DNA of 64,000 nucleotides, from contig CAXXWC010000019.1 of assembly GCA_963668645.2 (NCBI GenBank), positions 576,001 through 640,000 of the forward strand, written 5' to 3'. Position 1 is the stretch's first letter; each line of letters starts with the position of its first letter. Source of the stretch: Desulfobacterales bacterium (GTDB taxonomy: Bacteria; Desulfobacterota; Desulfobacteria; Desulfobacterales; UBA2174). Shown here piece after piece: positions 40,129 to 50,092 of this stretch. The position numbers were made by a program, and so were the translations under genes. Under the pieces are notes generated by a model that made no database searches, had not been told where the DNA came from, and saw nothing but the letters and a program-made list of their open reading frames with translations.

Positions 40129-40218
40129 ATGCCCAGAGGAGCGCGACTGGATGCCCTGGGGACCTTGCATCATGTGATGCTGCGAGGCAGAGAAAAATCA
40201 ATCGTCTTGAACCGCTGA
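40129..40218 (+). pseudogene. Second 5' stub of an HUH Y1 (IS200/RAYT-like) transposase
   Basis: GGAGG RBS, then MPRGARLDALGTLHHVMLRGREKSIVLNR*; homologous to 39216-39290. Confidence 0.8.
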
Positions 40219-40257
40219 TTCGTGAAGCAAAGCTTCAATTTTCATCAATCACAGATA

Positions 40258-40521
40258 TCAAAGCCTTTCGTAGATGTCTTTCCGATGTCCGATTTTAACG
40301 ACAAGGATGACGAGCCGAACTCCACGAATTTCATAAATGATCCTGTAATCTCCAGCACGAATCCGATGAAAATCGTTGTCGCCTTTCATTTTGGTGGTCG
40401 CCGGATCAGGTAGATTTTCGGCAAGCGCCTCCAATTTGCTTTTAATCCGCATCAAGTCACGCTTAGGCAAGCGTTTCAGGCTCTTTAAAACGGTTGGCCT
40501 GAACTCGAGCGAATATTTCAT
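40258..40521 (-). CDS. relE: RelE/ParE family type II toxin
   Basis: KYSLEF...KSLKRL...RIRAGDYRIIYEI...VKIGHRKDIY. Confidence 0.92.
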   Translation of the reverse strand: MKYSLEFRPTVLKSLKRLPKRDLMRIKSKLEALAENLPDPATTKMKGDNDFHRIRAGDYRIIYEIRGVRLVILVVKIGHRKDIYERL

Positions 40522-40524
40522 GGG

Positions 40525-40776
40525 TTAGAGCCCCAGTTCTTTCCAGAGTGTTTCAGCCGATAGATTTGCCCCAGGCTCTTCAAGCGCTTTCCGTGCATCT
40601 TCGATATCGATACGGTCTTCAATCAGTTGAAGCAATTCGAGTTCTTCCATGGAAATAAGCGCTGCGAGTTTCTCGCCTCGGCGGGTCAAAACAATGGGCT
40701 CTTTCCCATACGCAACCATATTTACGATTTCAGCAAATTTTTTTCTGGCCTCGGCCGTGGAAACCATATTCGGCAT
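40525..40776 (-). CDS. Phd/YefM family antitoxin
   Basis: VSTAEARKKFAEIVN...PIVLTRRGEKLAALIS; immediately upstream of the toxin. Confidence 0.92.
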   Translation of the reverse strand: MPNMVSTAEARKKFAEIVNMVAYGKEPIVLTRRGEKLAALISMEELELLQLIEDRIDIEDARKALEEPGANLSAETLWKELGL

Positions 40777-41114
40777 GGTGGAACCTCCTTTGTGTACACT
40801 GCGTACATAAAGTACAAGTACATCTGCGTTTTGTCAAGGAACGACGAAACCTGGGACGTAGGGTACGTGGGACGTCGGGTCGGACCAAGAAATATTCTAT
40901 TATTACAAAGTGATAATCTACAAAAAAGCACCAAAAAGGCCCTTAGAAACCTCTTTTTGACCTTGAATTGGACAGCCTTATCGTTATCTCCGGGGAAATT
41001 CCGAAAATGAAAATGCGCGCCCGGTCATTTTGCTTGCACTCCGTACAGATATAATGTATTTTTACGTTTCTTGAACATTTAATATTTTTGAACAATATAC
41101 CCGAGTGAGCGCCA

Positions 41115-42131
41115 ATGCCACCGAATGACAAATACATTACAGAAGCCTTGGCCGCGTTCCGGCGCGCGACCGGTTTCAAGGCCGAATACCGGCGCCGAAG
41201 CGGCAATCGAAACTTGTCGGTCGACGGTTCGCTGCGGGTCGATTGCCAGGGATCCACCTGGGACTTTGTCGTCCAGGCCCGACTTAGGGTAACGACCGAA
41301 ACCCCTGCCGTGATGAGGCATTCGACCCCTGAAGGCCAAAGAGATGTCCTGGTGGTCACGCCGTACGTTTCCCCGCCGATGGCGGACCGGTTCAGGGCCC
41401 TGGATATCTTTTTCATCGATGCGGCCGGCAACGCCTACATCAACCGTCCGCCGATGTATGTCTTCATCAAGGGCAACCGCCCCCTGATTGACGTGCGGCC
41501 GGCAGCACCGAGCCGACTGTTCCGCGCCGGCGGCCTTCGAATCGTTTTCGCCCTCCTGGTCGACCCGTCCCTGGTAGACCGCCCCTACCGGGACATGGCC
41601 GTTGCGGCCGGGGTGGCCCTTGGGACGGTGGGCGGTTGCATCCAGGAACTGAAGGCGGCCGGCTACCTGCTCAACCTGGGACCCCGGCAGCACCGACTGG
41701 CCAACACGGAAACCCTGCTCAAACGCTGGGTCGAGGCCTATCCGGAACAGCTCCGACCCAAGCTGGTGCGGGACCGCTTCGCAGCGGACCGTCCCGACTG
41801 GTGGAAGCGATTTGACATCGCCTCCATCGGCGGTGCATGGGGCGGCGAGATCGCTGCAGCCCGTCTGATCGGGAGCTTGAAGCCGGCCAAGGTGACCGTC
41901 TACACGGAAGCGCCTTTCGGAGTGATGGTGTTTCAGAACAGGCTGCGAAAGGAACCGGACGGTGACGTGGAGATCCTGACACCGTTCTGGCATTGCGACC
42001 ACGAACTTTCACAAAAGGGTCTCGTCCCGCCCCTGCTAGTTTACGCGGATCTGCTCGCCAGCGGCGACCCACGCAACATCGAGACGGCCGAGGAGATTCA
42101 TGAGCGTTACCTGTCCGGACTTGTCCGGTAG
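41115..42131 (+). CDS. Type IV TA antitoxin, AbiEi/DUF2186-like
   Basis: FIDAAGNAYI, central HTH (YRDMAVAAGVALGTV), WGGEIAA and VPPLLVYADLL...DPRNIETA motifs. Confidence 0.82.
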   Translation: MPPNDKYITEALAAFRRATGFKAEYRRRSGNRNLSVDGSLRVDCQGSTWDFVVQARLRVTTETPAVMRHSTPEGQRDVLVVTPYVSPPMADRFRALDIFFIDAAGNAYINRPPMYVFIKGNRPLIDVRPAAPSRLFRAGGLRIVFALLVDPSLVDRPYRDMAVAAGVALGTVGGCIQELKAAGYLLNLGPRQHRLANTETLLKRWVEAYPEQLRPKLVRDRFAADRPDWWKRFDIASIGGAWGGEIAAARLIGSLKPAKVTVYTEAPFGVMVFQNRLRKEPDGDVEILTPFWHCDHELSQKGLVPPLLVYADLLASGDPRNIETAEEIHERYLSGLVR

Positions 42132-42972
42132 CCTGCCTCCAGAGACGATCGCAGCGTTGAGAGCAATCGATGCGGCGGCCCGTGCCGAGAATGTGCACTT
42201 TTTCATCGTCGGCGCTACGGCGAGGGATATCATCCTCGAACACCAGCACCGGCTCTCCACTGCCAGGGCAACCCTGGACGTCGACGTGGCGGTCATGGTC
42301 GACACGTGGGAAATCTACGACACTCTGAAACAGAAGTTGATCGACAGTTACGTCTTCAGTCAGGACCCGAAGCAGAGACAGCGGGTATGGCACCGGGGAA
42401 CGATCCCTCTCGACATCATCCCTTTCGGCCCAATAGCGGACCTGGACGACGCCATCACTTGGCCGCCGAGCCACGACACCCGGATGCGGACTATTGGTTT
42501 CCGGGAATGTTTCGAGCGGGCAACGCCGGTAAAAATAGCCGAATCCCCCGATTTCGTCGTTATAGTGGTCGGTCTGGCAGGGCTCGCACTGCTCAAGCTG
42601 ATTTCATGGAACGACAGTCCGGATAGACGTATCAAGGACGCACAGGACCTTTTTCTCATCTGCCGCAACTACATCGATGCCGGCAACCTGGATCGGGTCC
42701 TTGGTGAGGAAATGGATGCGATCGCCGTATCGGACAACGACTACGAACTCGCCTCGGCATACCTGCTTGGAAGGGATATTGCAGGGATCTCGGGTCCGAG
42801 CACTTTGGCCGCCATCCTCGAGATCCTCGACAGGGAGGCCTCCGCCGGCGACGGTCACCACATAGTCCTCGACGTGATGCGCAGCGACCTTCTGAAAGAG
42901 AATCAATACGAACGCATTTTACTATATTTCAAGATGTTGTACATAGAACTGATCGGTAGAGGGCTTGCTTGA
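42100..42972 (+). CDS. AbiEii-like nucleotidyltransferase toxin
   Basis: IVGATARD...RATLDVDVAV NTase motif, LDIIPFG, LKLISW and KDAQD; overlaps the antitoxin gene. Confidence 0.85.
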   Translation: MSVTCPDLSGSLPPETIAALRAIDAAARAENVHFFIVGATARDIILEHQHRLSTARATLDVDVAVMVDTWEIYDTLKQKLIDSYVFSQDPKQRQRVWHRGTIPLDIIPFGPIADLDDAITWPPSHDTRMRTIGFRECFERATPVKIAESPDFVVIVVGLAGLALLKLISWNDSPDRRIKDAQDLFLICRNYIDAGNLDRVLGEEMDAIAVSDNDYELASAYLLGRDIAGISGPSTLAAILEILDREASAGDGHHIVLDVMRSDLLKENQYERILLYFKMLYIELIGRGLA

Positions 42973-43370
42973 GTACACGCAGGTGGGGACGCTGTTGACT
43001 AAGCGAACTTATGGATGGCCGGAGCGGAATATCAGCCAAAGCAGACGAAGCAATGATGTGGAAGAAAAGACTTCCGTTTCAATCATGGGCGCATTCCAAA
43101 AGCGATACCTCCATACATAGAGCCTTCTCGTTCCTTGATCTCGGCCCCAACTCCCGGAATAATGACAAAATGTCATTCCAGCGGAGGTTGCCGGAGACAG
43201 GATGGGCAAACAAATCTCGCTGGAAGTGCTTATCGGCCGGCGTTCATGGACCGGCTGCGGCGGTTCGTTCTTCAAAAAGAAGAAAGTCTCATGGAAGATC
43301 AGTACATCATCGCAAAAATCGAAAACAGAGTCCCTTCCGGCCATTCATGCGGTTGAATTGGGGCACGGGG

Positions 43371-44030
43371 TCAGGCGTGGGGCGGCCGGCCAATCGAGCG
43401 GGCGATGCACCACTGGGCGGCGAAGTAGGTGGTCAGCACCACCAGGGGGGCGGCGGCAAAAGGTCTGCCGAAGCGGTTGACCGCCAGGGCCGTGTCCGAA
43501 GCGATAAAGAGCAGTGCCCCCGCGGCCGCCAGGAGGGCGGCCCGGTCACGCCGCGCCCGCCAGCGGTCCAGGGCCTGCCAGCCCATGGTGCAGATCACCG
43601 CCAGATAGACGAGCACCGGCCAGCGAAGAGCGCCCAAACCAGGCCGCAGCCAGACATAGACGGCGGCGCCGTAGACGGCCAGGCAAACGGCCCCCGCGCT
43701 CGGCCGCCAAGAACCGCCGCGGCTGAAGGCCCAGATGTATGCAATATGGGCCAGAAGAAAACTCACCAGACCTGGCAGAAACAAGTCCGCCGGCAGCATG
43801 AGCAACACGTCGCCCACCAGGGAAAGGGCCAGCCCCGCGAGGATCGTTCGACCGTAGGCGCCTTCGAACCGGCGCGCCAGCAACGCGGCCATGGCGATGA
43901 TCAGCCCCATGGTCAGCGGCTTGGCCGTATAGACCAGGGCCGCCGGACCGCAGTACTCGCCCCATAGTTCCAGGGCCGCCGCCACGGCCACGATTGCCGC
44001 CCAAGGCCGACCGTTAAAGCGTTTTTCCAT
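43371..44030 (-). CDS. YhhN / lysoplasmalogenase family membrane protein
   Basis: KPL, SLVGDVLL, FLLAHIAY, LFIASD and TTYFAAQ motifs. Confidence 0.88.
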   Translation of the reverse strand: MEKRFNGRPWAAIVAVAAALELWGEYCGPAALVYTAKPLTMGLIIAMAALLARRFEGAYGRTILAGLALSLVGDVLLMLPADLFLPGLVSFLLAHIAYIWAFSRGGSWRPSAGAVCLAVYGAAVYVWLRPGLGALRWPVLVYLAVICTMGWQALDRWRARRDRAALLAAAGALLFIASDTALAVNRFGRPFAAAPLVVLTTYFAAQWCIARSIGRPPHA

Positions 44031-44224
44031 TGTCGTGGCCCGATCCTTTTTTCAGAAACCCCCAAAACCCTTCACCTAATTCCCGCGGAACTCCTTCGCC
44101 GGTGGATCCATAGGATAAATGGGGCGAGGATAGGCAATCCAGGATAACTTTTTGCCCATCTGATTTTATGCCAAATTCAAAACATTCGCCAAAGGCACAA
44201 AGCAATAATGTGTAATAGAAGGCT

Positions 44225-44420
44225 TCAAGCATGAGCGCATTCCGAAAGCGCCTTCGCCACCCGTTGATTCAGGCCCAGACCGGACGCCTCGGCGGCAGAG
44301 ACGATATCGGTATGCAGGTCAGGAGAAATTCTGACATTGAATCTTCCGGAGAAGCGCTTGTAGGCTGAAATCCCGCGATCTTCACAAGCCTGCGGGCAGA
44401 TCCTGAGCGTGTCCCCTTTC
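44225..44420 (-). pseudogene. C-terminal remnant of a HicB-family antitoxin
   Basis: CEDRGISAYKRFSGRFNVRISPDLH...GLGLNQRVAKAL resembles the HicB RHH end; N-terminus and hicA absent. Confidence 0.72.
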
Positions 44421-44433
44421 TCCAGTGTCGCGA

Positions 44434-45171
44434 TCAGCGACGGTTGTATGTCTTGTCCAGCAGCCGGCGCAGATCGGCGATATGGCGGGCCGGGTAGACG
44501 CCGGTGGGACATACCCGGCTGCAGGCGATGGAGCGGTCGCACCAACGTTCGCCCCGGTCGCCGGCCGCCCGGGTCAGCAGATCCGCCGGCGGCGCGTCAG
44601 CGTTTAGAATCTGCCGGTGGAGGGCCGCTAGGGCGGCCGGACCCATAAACTCGGGGTGTGCCTGAACCGCCGGACAGGCCGAGCGGCAGGCACCGCACTC
44701 GATGCAGTCTTCCAGGCGCCGCAGAATGTTTACCCCCTCGGGTGTGCGCTGCGCCGTCGCCTCTTCGCAGTCCCGCAGCGTGGACGCGTCGGGAGCGATG
44801 TCGGCAAACAGGTCGTCCGGGGCGACCACCAGATCTCCCTCGCAGACGAACCCTTTCAAGGGCTCCAGGACCACGGGGTCGGCCTTCAGGTCGAGGACCC
44901 GGGTGATGCAGGCCAGCCGTTCGGTGCCGTTGACACGCAACGCGCAGGTGCCGCAGGCGCTGTGATGGCAGGAGTGGCGGTACATCAGGCTGCCGTCCAG
45001 ATGGCGGCGGATGTATTCCAGCCCCTGGAGGATCGTGGTGGCGGCGTTCACCGGCACCAGGAAGGATTGCCGCCGGGGCGGATCAACCTGACCCGGCCGG
45101 TAGCGCTGGACGGCGAAGGTGACCGTGCGGGTTGGCAAGCGGGCGTCCGTGGCGGAATCGTTTTCAGGCAT
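44434..45171 (-). CDS. SdhB/FrdB-like iron-sulfur protein
   Basis: YRHSCHHSACGTC...RLAC (2Fe-2S), CIECGACRSACP and CDRSIACSRVCP motifs. Confidence 0.88.
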   Translation of the reverse strand: MPENDSATDARLPTRTVTFAVQRYRPGQVDPPRRQSFLVPVNAATTILQGLEYIRRHLDGSLMYRHSCHHSACGTCALRVNGTERLACITRVLDLKADPVVLEPLKGFVCEGDLVVAPDDLFADIAPDASTLRDCEEATAQRTPEGVNILRRLEDCIECGACRSACPAVQAHPEFMGPAALAALHRQILNADAPPADLLTRAAGDRGERWCDRSIACSRVCPTGVYPARHIADLRRLLDKTYNRR

Positions 45172-46327
45172 AGTAGCACCGGTAGGACAGCAAAGGGGTG
45201 TCGCGTGTCTGGCAGGGCGCAACGATGCCGGTCTTACGGCAGATCCGGTCGGCGGTTTCCTCGGCCATGGCCCGCATGGTGGTGGCCTTGCCGCCGACCA
45301 GGGTAACAAGGCCCTCCCAGCCGTCGCGCACCTGGTGGTCGAGGCAGTCGAAAGCCCGGCTGATGCGCATGGGATTTTTATCGGTGCCGTTGTCCAAAAG
45401 GGGCCGGGTGGCACACCAGGCCGAATGGACCGGCAGGGCGGCCAGGGCCGGAATCAAGCGGGCGCCCAGAGTGATCAGGCGGTCCACCTGATCGGCCGGC
45501 GGTGCCGGGGGGGCGGGGTCGTCCGCCAGCCAGGCCGTCGTGCCCACGATGCTCAACCGCCGCTGGGGAACGACGATGTCGCCCTCGCCGGCCGGCTGCA
45601 AACGATTGATCACCATGTTGACCAGCCGGCCGGCCACGGCCACCATGACGCCAGGCCCCGGCCGCAGGGGCAGTTGAAGGCCGATCATGGCCGTGATGTG
45701 GCCCGCCCAGGGGCCGGCCGCGTTGACCACCAGATCGGCACCGATCTCTATCTGGCGGCCGCTGCGGTGGTCGAGGGCCACAATACCGGTGACCGTGCGA
45801 CCCGCGGTGCGCAGTCCCGTCACTTCGGTGAACGGACGAATGCTAGCCCCGTTGGCCTTGGCCGTGGCAAAAAAAGACAGCGCCATGCGCCAGGCGTCCA
45901 TGCTGGCGTCGGGAACCTGGAAGGCCGCCCGAAGGCGAGGCGTCAGGGTCGGCTCCAGGCGCCTTGCGGCCTGGGGTTCCAGGCGGCGAAGGGGGATGCC
46001 GGCCGCTTCGCAGCCGGCCGCGAACGCCTCCACGTGTTGCAGGTCATCTTCATCCAAAGCCGCGAAGAGCCCGCCGTTGGGTTCGATGGCGGCCGGGACC
46101 AGGCGGCGCAGGATCCGGTTTTCCGTCCAACACTCCCGGGCGGTGGGCACGTCGTGGAGCACATAGCGCGCCCCGCTGTGCAGCAAGCCGTGATGACGGC
46201 CCGTGGTGCCGGACAAGATGGTGCCGCGCTCCACCAGCGTCACTCGAAAGCCGCGCAGCGAGAGGTCGTGGGCCAGGGCCCCGCCGCAGCCACCCCCGAT
46301 GACAAGGATATGGATTCGCTCGGACAT
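45164..46327 (-). CDS. FAD-dependent oxidoreductase, GlpA-like glycerol-3-phosphate dehydrogenase
   Basis: VIGGG, GTTGRHHGLLHSGARY, VVNAAGPW, GGKATTMRAMAE and CQTRDTPL motifs. Confidence 0.87.
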   Translation of the reverse strand: MSERIHILVIGGGCGGALAHDLSLRGFRVTLVERGTILSGTTGRHHGLLHSGARYVLHDVPTARECWTENRILRRLVPAAIEPNGGLFAALDEDDLQHVEAFAAGCEAAGIPLRRLEPQAARRLEPTLTPRLRAAFQVPDASMDAWRMALSFFATAKANGASIRPFTEVTGLRTAGRTVTGIVALDHRSGRQIEIGADLVVNAAGPWAGHITAMIGLQLPLRPGPGVMVAVAGRLVNMVINRLQPAGEGDIVVPQRRLSIVGTTAWLADDPAPPAPPADQVDRLITLGARLIPALAALPVHSAWCATRPLLDNGTDKNPMRISRAFDCLDHQVRDGWEGLVTLVGGKATTMRAMAEETADRICRKTGIVAPCQTRDTPLLSYRCYYA

Positions 46328-46404
46328 CGATTCAATGAACCATAAAGCAACGAAGAACACAAAGGCTGAATCGCCGCCGGCCGGTTTTCGGTACGAAAAA
46401 GCGC

Positions 46405-47019
46405 GAAATTGACGAACTGGCCGGATATCCTTACTGCGGCCACGGATCGTTGTCCGGTACCGATCCGGTCCCTTGGCAGGAGACAAGTTACGTGCTTCGC
46501 CAGTTCGGAGCTACGGAGGAAGAGGCCTGGCGTCGCTATCTGGAATACGTCGCCAAAGCAGCGGAACTGGACCGCCGGGCGGAGCTTGTCGGAGGTGTCG
46601 CGGTGCGCCGCTTGAACGGATGGAGACAGGTTTAAAAAATCAGGCGAAAAGGGATGAAGCGGTCAAAGGGCGACCGGCGCATTCTGGGTGATGGCGATTT
46701 CGTCGAAAAGGTGCTGTCCGATTCGCGCGAATCGTTTGAAGCGCGCTACGCCCTGCGGCGGGAAGGATGGGATGTCGATCGCATTTTGCAGCGGGCCGGT
46801 GCCGTTTGCGGGGTGACGCCGGAACAGGTCCTCTCCGGCGGGCGGCAGCGGCCCCGGTCCATGGCCCGAGCGCTGACCTGCTATTGGGCGGTCCGCCGTC
46901 TCGGCCTTTCATCCATTGAAATGGCACGACGTTTTGGTTTCAGCACGGCAGCGGTAAGCAAGGCAGTTGAACAGGGCGAATTGTTAGCAGCTAAGAAAGA
47001 AATTAATTTAGAAAGTTAG
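46405..47019 (+). pseudogene. 3' half of an HUH Y1 (RAYT-like) transposase with C-terminal HTH
   Basis: ELAGYPYCGH, RRYLEYV, ELVGG, internal stop, DRRILGDGDFVEKVL and ARALTCYWAVRRLG...AVSKAVEQGE; N-terminus missing. Confidence 0.75.
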
Positions 47020-47210
47020 AGACGTTCCCCTATGTTCCCTTGCTGTCCGACTTGGGCCGGCACGCTTTTCGGGGCCCCATACTACCGGCGCAAAATTCTG
47101 CGGATTTTTGACGGGCCGGCAATAACGGCGCAGGCGATCGCCGTAGTGATCGCGGAGTGTACTATAAAACAGTCGGGTGCACTCCGCGATCGATCGGTTC
47201 ACGGCAGGCG

Positions 47211-48095
47211 TTATCCCCCTAAATAGGGAATGGGGAGGCCGGGGATGGAAACGGATACCTTGTAGATGATGCGCTGGAAACCCTCGGTGATGAACAGGGT
47301 TTTGTTGTCCGGGCCACCAAACCGTGCGTTGTCGGTGCCGAGGGCGGCGGCGTCGGGGACCTCGATCACTTCGATGATTTCACCGAGCCGAGGTTCGACC
47401 ACGAATACCTTGCCATGGCCGAAGTGGCCCACGTAGAGGTTGCCCAGGACGTCCATCCCCATGCTGTCGGGGCCCATTCCCCCGGTGAAGTAGGTCATGG
47501 CGTGCAAGAATACGTGGGCCTTGCCGCCGTCAGCCATGAAGGCCCGCAGGATCCGGTTTTGGCCGAACTCGCAAACGTAGATGAACTGCTCGTCGGGTGA
47601 CAGCAAAATACCGTTGGGAAAGGCCAAGTGCTCCATGAACGGATCCAGCCGTCCCGTCTGTGCATCCCAGCGATATACCGTCCCGGTTGGGTTTGATACG
47701 CTGGTACCCCAGGGATCGGAAAAGAAGATATTCCCCCCGGCGTCGATGATCAGGTCATTCGGTCCATTGAACTTCTTGCCTTTATAATCGCCGACGATTA
47801 CCTCGGCCTTTTGGGTTTTGGGGTCCAGCGAGACGATGCCCATGTCACGGTGCGCGATCAGAAGACGCTTTTCTCTGCTATCGTAGATCATGCCGTTGGG
47901 CCCCATCAGATCCCCCGGGGCCCCAATTTTATAGAACTGTTCATACTGGCCGGCCATCGAAACCCTGGAAATCCAGCCCGCTTCGATTTCGACGAAATAC
48001 AGGTGGCCGTCATCAGGACAGTAGGACGGTCCTTCGAGGAAACCCTTACCGGGGATTGTTGCCAGCCTTTCCACTTTGCCGAGTCGAATCTTCAT
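47211..48095 (-). CDS. SMP-30/gluconolactonase family protein
   Basis: EGP, GPNG, FNGPND, FSDP, FPNG and GPDSM..D..GNLYV motifs. Confidence 0.9.
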   Translation of the reverse strand: MKIRLGKVERLATIPGKGFLEGPSYCPDDGHLYFVEIEAGWISRVSMAGQYEQFYKIGAPGDLMGPNGMIYDSREKRLLIAHRDMGIVSLDPKTQKAEVIVGDYKGKKFNGPNDLIIDAGGNIFFSDPWGTSVSNPTGTVYRWDAQTGRLDPFMEHLAFPNGILLSPDEQFIYVCEFGQNRILRAFMADGGKAHVFLHAMTYFTGGMGPDSMGMDVLGNLYVGHFGHGKVFVVEPRLGEIIEVIEVPDAAALGTDNARFGGPDNKTLFITEGFQRIIYKVSVSIPGLPIPYLGG

Positions 48096-48503
48096 TGAAG
48101 CCTCCTGTAATTGAACGTATTTTACGGTTGCACCAACGATACTCTGACAGAGATACTGTTTGCTGTTCACCTCCTTTTCGTATGATGAATATCCGTGATG
48201 TGAAATTGGATAAAATATCATCTGTTATATTTAGCTTTAAGCGGCGTGCCGGTTGATGAAACGTGTTTAAATAGAATGTCCTGATGGCATTAGAGATGAA
48301 AATGCCGCCACTGATTTACGATTGCCCACGCGATACGTTGTAAGTCAATCAGAATGTTCCGAATGGAAAAGTTTTGTTCCGTAATACAGAACTGTGTGGT
48401 GGCCAGAACCCCAAAGGCGCCTTCAATTGTCCCATTGCAGGCGTGTTTCGTTTTAAATTTGAATGATTGTGGGTTACGACGGAAATGAAGAGGGCGATAG
48501 TTA

Positions 48504-49681
48504 GTGTCCATCCGCAGCCGTAACTATCCGGCAGATATAAAAAAAACGCATTTTGTGCTGGTTTTTCTGGCTGAGCGTAGTATAAACAATGTCGCCAAGC
48601 AACCGTAAATACTAACAAAGCCAAGAAAAGGCCCCACACAAAATGCGCGAAAAATGGCAACGCCAAATGCCCCTGATGCCCGAGATCGCCAGTCACATCC
48701 AAGCCCAAGAGCTCGAAGTCATCTCCTGCATCCTGAACAGCAAACCTATCATCACCGAGTTCGTGCTGCAAAATCTTTGCAAGGGGCGCCGTTCCGATAG
48801 CCGTGCCGGGGCAAAAGGCATGAACGCCGAGCAGGTGCTGCGAGCGGCCGCGGTGATGAGGCTCCAAGCATTGACCTACCAGGACTTGGCTTTTCATCTG
48901 GTCGACAGCTAGAGTATCCGGCGCTTTTGTCGCATCAGACTTGGGAGGCGATCAACCTTGAAGTGCTCGGTTATGCCAAGGAAGCAAAAATCGAAAAGGG
49001 CCGAACGGCGCGCATCGATTGTCCGGTGGTCGAAAGCAACATCCACCAACCGAGTGATTCGAGCCAGTTGTATGATTGTGTCCGGGGGCTGAGCCGACTG
49101 CAGGATGCTGCCCAGGATCTTGGCCTGGGCCGATTTGGATACCACGATCACCGACGGGTGACCAAGCAGCGCATGGTAAAAACCAGTACGCCCACAGTAA
49201 AGATGAACGTCTTGGGGCCTACGTCGACATGATCAAGTACACGAAAAAGTCGTTGGCTTCGGCCCGGCGCGCTATCGAACGGCTCAAAAACGTTGGTATT
49301 GACAACCTGGCCGCGCTTGGCCTGTTTTTTGAACTGGAACGATATGTTGCACTGACCGAAAAAGGTATCGCGCAGACCCAGCGCCGCGTCATCGACGGTG
49401 AACGGGTTCCGGCCTCGGAAAAGCTCGTGTCGATCTTCGAGGAGCATACCGACATCATCGTCAAGGATCGGCGGGACACATTTTTCGGTCACAAGATCTG
49501 TCTGACCGGCGGCCGCTCGAACCTGATTCTCGATTGTCAGATCGTCGAAGGCAACCCGGCCGATGCGACTTTGACCCAGACGATGCTCGATCGGCAAGAA
49601 ATAATTTATGGGCGCTGCCCGCTCAAAGTCGCCCTGGACGGAGGGTTTGCTTCCAAGGCGAATCTGAAGGCCGCCAAGGAC
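48504..49681 (+). pseudogene. Degenerate third copy of the ISNCY-type IS (left end intact, right end lost)
   Basis: Left end GTGTCCATCCG preceded by TAGTTA; premature TAG at 48910-48912, internal deletion near 48935, frameshift near 49180; homology stops at about 49681. Confidence 0.9.
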
Positions 49682-50092
49682 ATGACGGACGTGGCGTCGG
49701 ACCAGAAATTATTCCATTATTACAAATTGTTAATCCATAAAAAGCACCCAAAAACCCCTTAAAAACATCTTTTTAACCTTGAAAAAGACGTTCGAAGCAA
49801 ACGCCCCCTGCTGCTCGGCGGTCCAGGTCCAACGAAAGATGGGGACATTGATTTATTCAATTTACTGATGGGGCTCCTTTTCCGTATGTGCCCACTACCG
49901 CCATGACCGCCACCATTACAAGCAAGGAGCCAGCAATGCTCAGAGGCGCCCGGTCTGATGTCACGGGAACATCAGACCGGAACAGATTCAAATCCTCGGA
50001 TCCGCATCGTTGCAGGCCGTCAACCGTGTCAGAGAACCGGCCTTCTGTTTCCCCCGTTCTGCGCCGACCAAAACCGATGGTGCAGAAGCTCC

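Noticed and set aside
39157..43010. Classical integron or CRISPR array
   Set aside because: No IntI tyrosine recombinase, no attC-type GTTRRRY/RYYYAAC pairing recognised, no regular repeat-spacer period and no cas genes.
43009..43356. Short ORFs downstream of the 42985 motif as a further cargo gene
   Set aside because: No recognisable motif or convincing start. They may be decayed remnants, but this cannot be supported from the sequence.
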